From NCBI GenBank assembly GCA_964489445.1, contig CAZAYU010000005.1, positions 68,799 through 132,798 of the forward strand: a DNA stretch of 64,000 nt. The letters run 5' to 3'. Below, one piece after another: positions 19,539 through 29,119 of the stretch; the stretch's first letter is position 1, and every line of letters begins with the position of its first letter. The stretch comes from an uncultured Planctomycetia bacterium (GTDB lineage: Bacteria; Omnitrophota; Gorgyraeia; Duberdicusellales; 4484-171). A program made the position numbers and the translations under genes. The notes under the pieces are model-generated. The model saw nothing but the letters and a program-made list of their open reading frames with translations. It made no database searches and was not told the DNA's origin.

Positions 19539-20003
19539 TTAATTAATAAAACCATTTGTTTCATCTTTGATATACTCATAAAATTTATCCTTGCTACCCA
19601 AAAGATTCCAAACCTTATCCAAATTCTTAAATTCGACCTCTTTTCCATCAGACACTTTTGAAAGCACAACAGACTTAGTATATAATTTATAATCTTGAAT
19701 GAAATGCTTATTCTGAAGCTCATCAACATTAATCATTTGAAAATCAACTTTTCCAGAAGCTATTTCATCAAAAAAGTATTTCTCCAAAGACTCCTTAGTA
19801 TATTGCTCAATCTTGTGACAAGACACACATCTAGCCGTTGTATAAAAATAATAAGCAACAACCTTTGAATCGCTGACAGACAAAACCGTCTTAACAACAG
19901 AATCAACTTCTGCTTTTTGAGAATTAGCATTACCTGAAAAAGCATAAGTGCTAATCACTACTGCCAATATTACAAAGATACTTAACGATATTATTTTCTT
20001 CAT
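19539..20003 (-). CDS. secreted thioredoxin-fold protein (CxxC)
   Basis: Signal peptide; YFYTTARCVSCHK resembles Trx W-C-x-x-C active site. Confidence 0.5.
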   Translation of the reverse strand: MKKIISLSIFVILAVVISTYAFSGNANSQKAEVDSVVKTVLSVSDSKVVAYYFYTTARCVSCHKIEQYTKESLEKYFFDEIASGKVDFQMINVDELQNKHFIQDYKLYTKSVVLSKVSDGKEVEFKNLDKVWNLLGSKDKFYEYIKDETNGFIN

Positions 20004-20035
20004 CCTTTACACTCCGATATTTTTGTAATTATTAG

Positions 20036-20266
20036 TTATTGTAATAATCCTTTAATCTCGTCAACCGTTGAAACTTTCCCTGCAACTTTCACAACGCCAT
20101 CAATCACTAGCGCAGGAGTGACCATAACAGCATAATCTGTTATTTTGTCCATATCTTCAACCTTGACCAACTCTGCATCAATTCCCAAATCTGCAATAGC
20201 TATTTCGACATTCCCAAAAAACTGTTTACACTTTGGGCAACCCATCCCTAAAATTTCAATTTTCAT
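20036..20266 (-). CDS. thioredoxin-family small protein (redox-active disulfide protein 2 type)
   Basis: 76 aa, MKIEILGMGCPKCK with CPKC redox motif. Confidence 0.7.
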   Translation of the reverse strand: MKIEILGMGCPKCKQFFGNVEIAIADLGIDAELVKVEDMDKITDYAVMVTPALVIDGVVKVAGKVSTVDEIKGLLQ

Positions 20267-20290
20267 CTTTATTTTCCTCCTTATTCTAAA

Positions 20291-21460
20291 TTAAACTATC
20301 ATTCCAAAAAGCATTCCGCTTGTTGTCGCCATGACAACAACAAGACTCACATAAACAACCGTCTTCTTAGTGCCAATAACTCCCCTAATAACAAGCATAT
20401 TTGGAAGGCTTAACGCAGGCCCGGCGAGTAACAATGCAAGAGCTGGCCCTTTACCCATACCTGAACCAATCAAACCCTGCAAAATAGGAACTTCTGTCAG
20501 CGTTGCAAAATACATAAATGCCCCCACAATTGACGCAAAAAAGTTTGAAAAGAAAGAATTTCCCCCAACAGCCTTTGCAATAATCCAAGAAGGAATAAGC
20601 CCTTCATGTCCAGGACGTCCCAACAGTAATCCAGCGACAAGCACGCCCATTAAAAGTAACGGCATAATTTGTTTAGCAAAAGTCCAAGAGCTTTTCGTCC
20701 ACTCAGTAACTTCATCCTTCTTAAACCACTTAACAAGCATAAAGCCGATCATAGCCAAGAAACCAAATGCCAAATACCATTTAGCAGAAAATATCAAAGC
20801 CCACAAACCTGTCTCACCTGCTTGTGGTCTTGCCCAGTTAGCAAATATTAAAAATCCGACCATAGAAAAGAAATATAAAGCATTCTGCCATAACGCCCTT
20901 GGCTCTTTCTCCTCACCAGCAAACAACTCTCCCTCCGCTTTTCTTGCACGCTCTTCCTTAATAAAAATAAGGTGCATCAATAAGCCAATAACCACACTAA
21001 AAACAATAGCACCAACAGCCCTCGCAACTCCCAACTGCCAACCGAGAATACGAGCAGTCATTATAATTGCTAAAACATTAATTGCCGGACCAGAATAAAG
21101 AAAAGCAGTTGCTGGTCCTAATCCTGCCCCTCTCTTATAAATACCAGAGAATAATGGTAAAACAGTACAGGAGCAAACCGCAAGGATTGTTCCTGAAACA
21201 GATGCAACACTGTAAGCAAGAAATTTATTTGCCTTTGCGCCGAAATACTTAACAACGGAAGCCTGACTAATAAATACTGAAATCGCACCAGCGATAAAAA
21301 ATGCCGGTACAAGGCAAAGTAAAACATGCTCCCTTGCATACCAACGTACCAGCGCGATGGATTCAAATACAGGATTCCTAAAAGATAGCAGTTCAACTGG
21401 CAGATAAAAACACCCCAAGAACACGGCAGCCATTAATAAAAATTTATTCCGTTCTTCCAT
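20291..21460 (-). CDS. COG0701-type permease (ArsP-like), start trimmed to Met abutting arsR
   Basis: Polytopic; conserved VCSCT motif resembling the ArsP Cys pair; ORF-track N-terminal extension overlaps arsR so internal Met MEERNKF chosen. Confidence 0.6.
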   Translation of the reverse strand: MEERNKFLLMAAVFLGCFYLPVELLSFRNPVFESIALVRWYAREHVLLCLVPAFFIAGAISVFISQASVVKYFGAKANKFLAYSVASVSGTILAVCSCTVLPLFSGIYKRGAGLGPATAFLYSGPAINVLAIIMTARILGWQLGVARAVGAIVFSVVIGLLMHLIFIKEERARKAEGELFAGEEKEPRALWQNALYFFSMVGFLIFANWARPQAGETGLWALIFSAKWYLAFGFLAMIGFMLVKWFKKDEVTEWTKSSWTFAKQIMPLLLMGVLVAGLLLGRPGHEGLIPSWIIAKAVGGNSFFSNFFASIVGAFMYFATLTEVPILQGLIGSGMGKGPALALLLAGPALSLPNMLVIRGVIGTKKTVVYVSLVVVMATTSGMLFGMIV

Positions 21461-21461
21461 A

Positions 21462-21815
21462 TTATTCCATACAACAAAGTTTTTCTCTGTTAGCTCTCTT
21501 AATTTTAACAATATCCTGCTTAATAAGAGTATCGTCATTTAGCCATTTCTTCATCAGAGACAAAATAGCCCTTGAATATGTACTTCTTGGTTTAAGAACA
21601 TAATTCGTCCAAAAACTATCCTGTTGAGCTTCAATAAGACCGGCTTTTTTTAGTTTTTTCAAATGACGTGAAACGCTAGGCTGTGTTATCCCCAAGACAA
21701 AAGCGATTTCACAAACACAAAGATTTCGCCTCTCAAGCAGTTTTAAAATCCTAATCCTATTTTTATCAGCACATGCCTTTAATACTTTCTCAAAATCATC
21801 CATAAATATCTCCAA
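21462..21815 (-). CDS. arsR: ArsR/SmtB-family transcriptional repressor
   Basis: ILKLLERRNLCVCEIAFVLGITQPSVSRHLKKLKKAGLI wHTH with Cys pair. Confidence 0.8.
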   Translation of the reverse strand: MEIFMDDFEKVLKACADKNRIRILKLLERRNLCVCEIAFVLGITQPSVSRHLKKLKKAGLIEAQQDSFWTNYVLKPRSTYSRAILSLMKKWLNDDTLIKQDIVKIKRANREKLCCME

Positions 21816-21877
21816 TATCTACATAGCAGAATAGCTATATAGTAACACACAGGACATACCTCCGTCAATACAATTAA

Positions 21878-21889
21878 TCGCTAGCGATA
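21878..21889. promoter_or_regulatory. perfect 12-nt palindrome ATCGCTAGCGAT just upstream of a TTGACG -35-like hexamer of arsR operon; candidate operator
   Basis: Seen directly; located about 65-75 nt upstream of arsR ATG. Confidence 0.2.
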
Positions 21890-21957
21890 AAGGGAGATAA
21901 ACCATCGGCCTAAAACCATTTAATCGGATTTCTGAGAGATATGGTTTATGATTGGAA

Positions 21958-21983
21958 TTTGAGCCTCAAAAGAGGCTCAAACT
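21958..21983. repeat. palindromic member of the GGCTCAAACT repeat family (tttgagcctcaaaagaggctcaaact)
   Basis: Perfect inverted repeat TTTGAGCCTC/GAGGCTCAAA with 4-nt spacer. Confidence 0.7.
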
Positions 21984-22360
21984 ATTAAGAATGCATAAGT
22001 GCTGAGCGAGTGAAACTTGTCCTGAACTTGTCGAAGGAACGAGTCGAACCATTGTCCAGCCTTTGTCCAGAGATATTCGAACTCGTCAAAAATGTCCCCA
22101 ATCCCTCCTCTTTTTAGATAAAATATTTGCAGTACCTTTTTATGGCTTTTTATATTTATAAATAGCTGTAATTATGCCATATATTAACTATGGAACAAAA
22201 CCAAAACAGTTTTATTTGAAATAAAAAGTGAAGATTTATAGAGTAAGGCTAAAACTAGGTCTGAATCTGTTATACTCAGGATAACATCAACAAGTTATTA
22301 AGTTAACTGTCCTATTTAGAAGCGTAAGTTGAAAATTGCATCCAGCACGATTACGCTTGC

Positions 22361-23704
22361 CTACTTACTTAGAAAAGATTTAATAGCGTTAAACTTATCT
22401 TCAGGCTTCTCTTTTGATGTATTATCTTTTTCCGTTTCTTCCGCTAACGGTTTATTTAAAAAATCGCTTAAAGCTCCTGCGCCTTCTTTATTTATGTTCT
22501 CCATAACATCCTTAAGCTGCTTTTTCGCTAGATCTTTAAGCACATCTTGAAATCCGTCAAATTTAGGGTTATCAATAGTACCGGTAATATCGAATTTCAT
22601 TTCTGCCGGATTAATCTTGTTTAAAGCAGCACAAATAACCGACAAAGACATCATTCCTGGACTGCCTAGTTTTTCGTTCTTGGCTACTAAATTATGTTCC
22701 TTTAAAGTAATCGAATTATTAGAATTTAATTCCTCATTAATGATTTCGGTCTGTGATGTTATATCTAAAACACCCTTGGTGAAATTCACCGGCAGAGAGT
22801 CTTTATAAATAGCACGGATTGCTATAAGGTCGACGTTTTTTGCCAACAATCTATATTGGTAAATCTGCTTGCTTTTTTTAAAACTTTGACTATAACCTAC
22901 TTCAAATTCTCCTGCTGATATACCGTTTTTGTCTATTATCGCCTGAATAGCCAACTGATTCAACGATACCCCCTGACTTAGATCTAAACTTAAACCTTTA
23001 ATCTTGCCGCCAGCATTACTGATATTAATTGTTTCACTATTGCCTAGGTCTAAAATGAAGCTTGAATTTTTTAAGTTGAGTTCTTTTATTTGGAATAAAT
23101 ATTTTTTTCGGGCAGAATTAAATTCTACTCTCCGGCCAATTGGTTGTGTTGGTATTTTTTTTGCTGTTTTTGTCATTTTTTTAGATTCTACAGATTCATT
23201 TTTTTGGGATCTTTTTGAGGCTTTATTTTTAGCTATTTTATATATTTTACTAAACCAATCTTTATTATCATCTTTTTTTAATCCAGATTCTTTTCTTGTA
23301 ACATTCCCCGACTTTTTTTCTGCCACTGCTATTCTTTGAATATTAAAACTCCCATCCGGTTCACCTTTTAAATTCATTTCAGCGCCGGATATATTCAAAG
23401 AGGTTATTACAATCCGCTTAGACAAAAGGCCTAATAAACCTATCCTTAAAGAGGCTTTACTAACGCTAGCCATACGGACATTTTCATCTTCAGGATCGAA
23501 AATCTTTATACCTTTTAGGGAACAGCTAAGCGTCACTGGCCATATACGCATTTGGTCTACAGTTACTTTTGCCGAAGTATGTTCACTGAGAGCAACTAAA
23601 ATTTTGTTTTTAACAAAAGGCGATATTAAAAAACCGAAAGACACTTGGATTAAAACCAAGACTGTTAAGATAATAATAATACCTTTAATATTTATAATTT
23701 TCAT
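22361..23704 (-). CDS. AsmA-like / DUF748-like membrane-anchored periplasmic protein
   Basis: N-terminal TM anchor, 447 aa, K/S-rich linker; family call weak. Confidence 0.4.
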   Translation of the reverse strand: MKIINIKGIIIILTVLVLIQVSFGFLISPFVKNKILVALSEHTSAKVTVDQMRIWPVTLSCSLKGIKIFDPEDENVRMASVSKASLRIGLLGLLSKRIVITSLNISGAEMNLKGEPDGSFNIQRIAVAEKKSGNVTRKESGLKKDDNKDWFSKIYKIAKNKASKRSQKNESVESKKMTKTAKKIPTQPIGRRVEFNSARKKYLFQIKELNLKNSSFILDLGNSETINISNAGGKIKGLSLDLSQGVSLNQLAIQAIIDKNGISAGEFEVGYSQSFKKSKQIYQYRLLAKNVDLIAIRAIYKDSLPVNFTKGVLDITSQTEIINEELNSNNSITLKEHNLVAKNEKLGSPGMMSLSVICAALNKINPAEMKFDITGTIDNPKFDGFQDVLKDLAKKQLKDVMENINKEGAGALSDFLNKPLAEETEKDNTSKEKPEDKFNAIKSFLSK

Positions 23705-23711
23705 AATTTTA

Positions 23712-24239
23712 TTACACTGTTTTAGTAATCGCCAATATTTTTTTAACCAGCGGTATTTTCATGAGTAATTTGTAAGCTTTTGAATTCTTCATGTTCTCTA
23801 AATACTTGCCACGAAAAACAATAACGGCTTTTCTTGATATAAAAAATACCGGTAAAGAAAGAACTACTGATAAAGCCAGCCCGCCGCAAACAAGAGTATT
23901 ATTTAAATCCATCAAAGCAAAAACAGGTAAACCAACGATTATCTCCCAGAAGGAAGTTAACCAATTAAGATCTAGAAGCAGGTAGCCCCCAAGTTTATCC
24001 GTGAGTGCACTTATTCCCAATACATATAACAATTTGAATAAGGGCAATATTAGTAATGTGGCTAAGCGGTTTATTTTAAAAACAAAAAAACCAATAACTA
24101 AAAATATTGTCATTGATCCGTTTAGCGGTATAAATCCAAAAAATATTCCTAAGCAAAAACCGGCTGCAATCTCGTCGGGTGAAACGTTAGAACTTAACAG
24201 TTTTACCAGTTTTTTAGGCAGATTAAATATTGTGAGCAT
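23712..24239 (-). CDS. DUF2062-like small membrane protein
   Basis: 175 aa, PDEIAAGFCLGIFFGFIPL motif and 3-4 TM segments. Confidence 0.4.
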   Translation of the reverse strand: MLTIFNLPKKLVKLLSSNVSPDEIAAGFCLGIFFGFIPLNGSMTIFLVIGFFVFKINRLATLLILPLFKLLYVLGISALTDKLGGYLLLDLNWLTSFWEIIVGLPVFALMDLNNTLVCGGLALSVVLSLPVFFISRKAVIVFRGKYLENMKNSKAYKLLMKIPLVKKILAITKTV

Positions 24240-24515
24240 TTATATATTATATCCCTATCGACTCCATAAACAAGCATAATAAAATGACTACTTTTCAGGC
24301 ATCAGGAATGTATAAAAATATAGTTTCTCAATCACGGATTACCTGATCAGCTATTTTTTAAATCCGGCAATCTTGTCTTTACTCGCTCGTTGCTTCACCA
24401 ACGGCATCTTTTGCTTTGGCAGTTAAGACTTGCCTTGCTTTTTCCAATTAATATCTGGATACCAAAAACACCTCTCTATTTCCCTTGATATTTCTCGATA
24501 TATATAGAAACAAAA

Positions 24516-24558
24516 AGCCTCGTAGCATTTTACTGCTGCGAGGCTTTTATAAGTGGTT
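24516..24558 (-). terminator. Rho-independent terminator (12-bp stem, bidirectional-looking) downstream of peroxiredoxin
   Basis: aaaagcctcgtagc-attttact-gctgcgaggctttt; A-run on one side, T-run on the other. Confidence 0.55.
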
Positions 24559-24584
24559 CCCAGACCTGGGTTTGAACCTAAAAC

Positions 24585-25277
24585 TTATTTAAGTTTCAAT
24601 GGTTTAAAGCAAATAAACCAATCAAGACATTTGATACCTTCTTTTTCAGCTCCATCAACTCTATCTTTGGCCGTGCCGCAGCTTCCTGGAGGAGGAACTA
24701 TAACATCCTCTCCTGGCTGCCAATCAGCAGGCGTAGCCACACTATGCTTATCTCCAGTCTGCATAGAAATGAGCAACCGCTTTATCTCCTGGAAATTTCT
24801 TCCGGAAGATGACGGGTAATACATTAAGGCCCTGACTATTTGCTTCGGGTCTATAAAAAATACGGCTCTGACTGCGCTCGAATTGCTAGCTGAGGGCTGA
24901 ACCATACCAAATTTCTTGGCTACATCCATTGTCAAATCCGCTATAACAGGGAAATTCACCTCTACATTCTTCATCCCCTTATACTCGATCTTCTCTTGTA
25001 TAGTTCTTAGCCAAGCAATATGGCTATAATGGCTATCAATTGAAAGTCCGATCAGCTCACAATTCAATGCTTTAAATTCTTTTTCCATTGAAGCAAAGGT
25101 CATAAACTCGGTTGTGCAAACTGGTGTAAAATCAGCCGGATGACTAAATAATATTACCCATTTATCCTTATAATCTTCAGGAAACTTAATAGGTCCTTGC
25201 GTTGTATCCGCCTTGAATGAAGGGGCTGTTTCACCGATAACAGGCATGTGTACTCTTTCGCAAACATTTTCTTCCAT
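24585..25277 (-). CDS. peroxiredoxin (1-Cys/Prx6-like, AhpC/TSA family)
   Basis: WVILFSHPADFTPVCTTE peroxidatic Cys motif; start moved to Met with GGAGGA SD (MEENV...). Confidence 0.8.
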   Translation of the reverse strand: MEENVCERVHMPVIGETAPSFKADTTQGPIKFPEDYKDKWVILFSHPADFTPVCTTEFMTFASMEKEFKALNCELIGLSIDSHYSHIAWLRTIQEKIEYKGMKNVEVNFPVIADLTMDVAKKFGMVQPSASNSSAVRAVFFIDPKQIVRALMYYPSSSGRNFQEIKRLLISMQTGDKHSVATPADWQPGEDVIVPPPGSCGTAKDRVDGAEKEGIKCLDWFICFKPLKLK

Positions 25278-25473
25278 AGCATCCTCCTTTTTTATTTTAA
25301 CTTTGTTCTTTCCGGTATCTGCCATTTTTGAAATGTTTATCAAGCCAACCATTCTTAACTTTTTTCCTCAAATCAAAATACGACACATAAGGCTTTATAT
25401 CAAGCTTGGAATGCCTTTAGTATCCTTATAAGCGTATGGATTACACCTATTGGCATTATAATAATCTCTTTTT

Positions 25474-25794
25474 TCAAAATGTTACCACCTTGTCGCTTTC
25501 TTTGACGATATCATACATGTCCTTCATAGTAGAAATAGGGCACATTTTGGAACCTTCCTGCTCTCTTGATTTAATACAACTACCGCAGGCATATATTTTA
25601 CCTCCAGATTGCATCAGTTTTTCTACCTGTTCAATAGTATTAAATTTTTCATTGCTTATTATTTGATACTCAACACCTTTACCCATAAAGAAAATCTTAA
25701 CCTCATCTTTCTGACCTAGGCTAAAATTTGCATACCTTAAAGCATTCCAGCAAGTCTCTGCATCATTACTTGAAATAATCACGCCAATTTTCAT
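25474..25794 (-). CDS. DsrE/DsrF-like sulfur-relay family small protein
   Basis: MKIGVIISSND...ACGSC; start set at Met with GAGGAG SD. Confidence 0.5.
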   Translation of the reverse strand: MKIGVIISSNDAETCWNALRYANFSLGQKDEVKIFFMGKGVEYQIISNEKFNTIEQVEKLMQSGGKIYACGSCIKSREQEGSKMCPISTMKDMYDIVKESDKVVTF

Positions 25795-25952
25795 ATAATC
25801 TACTCCTCTGTTATTTATATATTCCAAACTGTTAACAATAACGGATCGCTATTATTATACCCTGTTTTTGATATAAACTGAATTACTGGATAGACAAAAA
25901 ACAGAATCATTAGAAGAATAAGAGCGCCGTGAAGACAAACGAACACCACGTC

Positions 25953-27851
25953 TTACGTATTGTTCGACAACCCCTCCAAATATTCCCACCGCTGATAAAC
26001 AGCAAGCAATTCATCCTCAATCAACCCTAACTGAGTTTTTGCCTGAAGAATCTCGTTTGGATCTTTTTTAAAGAAATCAGGCATCGACATGATTTCCATA
26101 AGTGCATTTTGCTTACTCTCTATTTTCTCAATAACCGAGGTAAAGTTTTTCAGCTCGCGCTTCTCATTAAAGCTGAGAACCCGAAGCTTATCTGCCTGTG
26201 CAGGAGTATCCTTCTTCGAAGGAGCATCCTTTAAGACCTTAGCCACTTCTTCACTCTTTCGACTTACTTTCAACCAATCATCATAACCACCAACATATTC
26301 ACCCACGTCACCCTTGCCGTTTAAAACAATTGTGGAAGTTACGACATTGTTAAGAAATGCACGATCATGACTCACAAGCAAAAGCGTACCCTTATATTCT
26401 AAAAGCAATCCCTCTAATAATTCCAATGTTTCGACATCCAAGTCATTTGTTGGCTCATCCATCACCAATAAGTTAAATGGCTGTGTAAATAAACGTGCCA
26501 ACAGCAGCCGATTCCGTTCCCCGCCAGAGAGAACCTTAACCGGCGTACGTGACCGTTCGGGCGAAAAAAGGAAATCCTGCAAATAGCCAATAGCATGACG
26601 TTTTTGTCCATCAATTATGACCACATCTCCACCGTCGCAGACATTTTCCATGACCGTTTTGCTATCATCTAATTGTACACGCAATTGATCAAAATAAGCG
26701 ACCTGTAAGTTTGTTCCCATCTGAATAGACCCTTGTGAAGGCACAAGTTTTCCTAAAATAAGATTAATCAAAGTTGTTTTCCCGGATCCATTGGATCCCA
26801 TCAATCCAATCTTATCCCCTCGCATAATGTGTGTCGAGAAATCACGTACAAGACATTGATCATTATAACTAAAGGTTAAGTTTTTTGTCTTTACGGCCAT
26901 CTGGCCTGAACGATCAGATTCCTGTGCTTTCATGCGAACTTGACCTACCTGCTGACGTTGAGCCTTTTTCTCTTCCCTCATCTTCTCGAGAGCACGTACA
27001 CGGCCTTCATTACGTGTTCGCCGTGCCTTAATGCCTTTTCGTACCCACACCTCTTCCAATGATAATTTCTTGGCAAATTCGATCCGCTGGGTTGCTTCCG
27101 CCTCCAAAGCGGCTTCTTTGCGCTGAAGAAACGTATCATAATCACATGACCATGAAAAAAGATTTCCTCTATCTAATTCCACAATCTTCGTCGCCAAATG
27201 GGTCATAAACATGCGATCATGCGTTACAAAAAGAATCGTGCCGTGATAATCTTTCAAGAACCCTTCCAACCATTCAATCGTTTCAATATCCAAATGATTC
27301 GTAGGTTCATCAAGCAATAATACCTCTGGATTCAAAACCAAAGCCTTAGCTAAAAGAACCCTTCTCTTTTGCCCACCGGATAAATTTTTAAATTCATCAT
27401 CTCCGTCTAATTTCATATGTGAAAGCACATTCTCTGCAACAGCCTCTAAGTCCCAACCATTGGTATGATTAAGCTCATCCTGCAAACGGTCTAATTTCTT
27501 CATCAAAGACGGAATGTGTTCTGTATGCAAACGGTGCACAACATGATGGTAATCTTTAAGTAATTGAGCTCGTTCACCCAGCCCTGAGAAAACAACATCA
27601 AATACAGTTCCTTCAATATCTTGCGAAACCTCTTGGGGAAGGTGCGTTACTTTAATTCCTTTTTGATAAATAATCTTTCCTTGATCAAGCTTGATTTGCC
27701 TTGCAAGAACCTTCATCAGCGTTGTTTTCCCAACCCCGTTGCGGCCTAATAACGCCACCCTCTCGCCAGGTTCCAATTGCAAATTCATTCTATCAAAGAG
27801 CAATGGACCTCCAAACGCAAGCGAAACATCTTGTAAACTGATCAATGCCAT
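25953..27851 (-). CDS. uup: ABC-F ATPase Uup-like (tandem ABC plus C-terminal coiled-coil domain)
   Basis: GRNGVGKTT and GSNGSGKTT Walker A, two LSGG signatures, 632 aa with basic coiled-coil linker. Confidence 0.8.
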   Translation of the reverse strand: MALISLQDVSLAFGGPLLFDRMNLQLEPGERVALLGRNGVGKTTLMKVLARQIKLDQGKIIYQKGIKVTHLPQEVSQDIEGTVFDVVFSGLGERAQLLKDYHHVVHRLHTEHIPSLMKKLDRLQDELNHTNGWDLEAVAENVLSHMKLDGDDEFKNLSGGQKRRVLLAKALVLNPEVLLLDEPTNHLDIETIEWLEGFLKDYHGTILFVTHDRMFMTHLATKIVELDRGNLFSWSCDYDTFLQRKEAALEAEATQRIEFAKKLSLEEVWVRKGIKARRTRNEGRVRALEKMREEKKAQRQQVGQVRMKAQESDRSGQMAVKTKNLTFSYNDQCLVRDFSTHIMRGDKIGLMGSNGSGKTTLINLILGKLVPSQGSIQMGTNLQVAYFDQLRVQLDDSKTVMENVCDGGDVVIIDGQKRHAIGYLQDFLFSPERSRTPVKVLSGGERNRLLLARLFTQPFNLLVMDEPTNDLDVETLELLEGLLLEYKGTLLLVSHDRAFLNNVVTSTIVLNGKGDVGEYVGGYDDWLKVSRKSEEVAKVLKDAPSKKDTPAQADKLRVLSFNEKRELKNFTSVIEKIESKQNALMEIMSMPDFFKKDPNEILQAKTQLGLIEDELLAVYQRWEYLEGLSNNT

Positions 27852-27866
27852 ATATATTTCCGTTGT

Positions 27867-28514
27867 TTAAATCTTCTTTAAGATGACCACCTTTTGACCA
27901 TCATCAAAAACTATCTTAAACCCAAACTGCTCGCAGATGTAAGAAAAAGTCTTGGCATGATAAAAACAAACATGACAACTATCATTAGGATAGTTCCAGC
28001 TTGCAAAATCTTCCAGATTGCTCCACCGATTTGTCATGGCAATCAATAAGCCTTCATTCTCCAATAAAGCATGAATCTTCTGTATGTCTTTCCGTGGCTT
28101 AAAGAAATGCTCAAACACTTCCGTGGAGAAAATAAATTCAAATTTCTTTTTTAGCTTATGCTTAACAAAAAATGGATCAAAGTCTTCGCATGTATACCCT
28201 TCTCTCTCCAATAACACAGAAAGGGTTGGATTCGGACCACAGCCATAATCAAGACCCGTCATATCCTTGGTAACAAATTCCAAAGCAGGTTCAATCGCTT
28301 GACGGAGAAACTCAACGTATCCTTCATGTTGAATCCCATTTTGATGCGTAGCATAGCGTGCTTTCTCTGATGCTTTGTCTAAGAGATGTTTTTGATCAAC
28401 ACTGATCAAATGACAGTTTTCACATTGATAATAAATTCTCTTATCAATGCCACTAACAGGCGTCATCGCCTTCTTTGAGTTACATAATTGACATATATTG
28501 TGGAAAAATTCCAT
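27867..28514 (-). CDS. class I SAM-dependent methyltransferase with N-terminal Cys4 zinc ribbon
   Basis: CQLCN...CENC ribbon; LDYGCGPN motif I. Confidence 0.65.
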   Translation of the reverse strand: MEFFHNICQLCNSKKAMTPVSGIDKRIYYQCENCHLISVDQKHLLDKASEKARYATHQNGIQHEGYVEFLRQAIEPALEFVTKDMTGLDYGCGPNPTLSVLLEREGYTCEDFDPFFVKHKLKKKFEFIFSTEVFEHFFKPRKDIQKIHALLENEGLLIAMTNRWSNLEDFASWNYPNDSCHVCFYHAKTFSYICEQFGFKIVFDDGQKVVILKKI

Positions 28515-28685
28515 GTTGGTATCATAGCGTATTTTTGATCTTTTGCCATATAAACATTACAAATTTATACAAAGACTCTCACTGGTTCGAGACATCACAA
28601 TAACAAAATAAAAATCGTGAAATCGGAAAACACAATACTTATTTATTCCAGCCCATAAACAGAAAAAGACAATCACTTTTGAACA

Positions 28686-28720
28686 AATATAAAAATCCCG
28701 TCCAGATTAATGGAAGGGAT
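28686..28720 (-). terminator. candidate Rho-independent terminator (minus strand) after engB/rSAM-like remnant
   Basis: atcccgtcca-gattaa-tggaagggat stem followed on minus strand by TTTTTATATTT. Confidence 0.4.
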
Positions 28721-28744
28721 TATGAAAAAACTCCCCGGGAATTA

Positions 28745-29119
28745 CCATTAGAGAAAGGAACGAAAGGTATCTTGGCTATCTTATCGACCGCCTCGATTGT
28801 TTCCTCAACGCTTGAATATTTTCCGCACCGATCAAGCACACACTGATTACCGCTTTCGAGGCCCATGTAGATGAGGCTTAGCTTATGCTTGTATATCTCT
28901 GCTAGTTCATGATTATTTTTTTCTTGCGATATTGCCTCCGTTCGCGTAACTTGAAATGCGGGTTAGCCGAAAAAAAGCGACTCCAGTTCTTCTAAGATAG
29001 GAACAAGCTTACTATTAGCCAAGACAAGGGCATCTCCCATCCATAAGAAAAATACGCCGCAAATACTGCAGCTATCCGCTTCCGCCAGTGGTCTTATACC
29101 AGGCTCGACTATTGACATC
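28745..29119 (-). pseudogene. radical-SAM-like gene remnant interrupted by in-frame TAA next to a T7 homopolymer
   Basis: Minus-strand frame reads ...ILEELESLFFG-stop-PAFQVTRTEAISQEKNNHELAEIYKHKLSLIYMGLESGNQCVLDRCGKYSSVEETIEAVDKIAKIPF; LSLxxGLESG...EETIEAV resembles rSAM core; no CxxxCxxC N-terminus (space occupied by engB). Confidence 0.3.

Noticed and set aside
20370-21098. 242-aa plus-strand ORF
   Set aside because: It lies entirely antisense within the polytopic permease gene and is proline/alanine-rich and low-complexity. Shadow ORF.
21461-21538. N-terminal 26-aa extension of the permease ORF in the track
   Set aside because: It would overlap arsR by 77 nt. An internal Met directly after the arsR stop gives a normal operon junction.
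21990-22110. tRNA-like or tRNA-fragment (GAGTCGAACC / TTCGAACTCG segments)
   Set aside because: I cannot build an acceptor stem or T-arm, and there is no CCA end. More likely these are short direct/inverted TTGTCC repeats.
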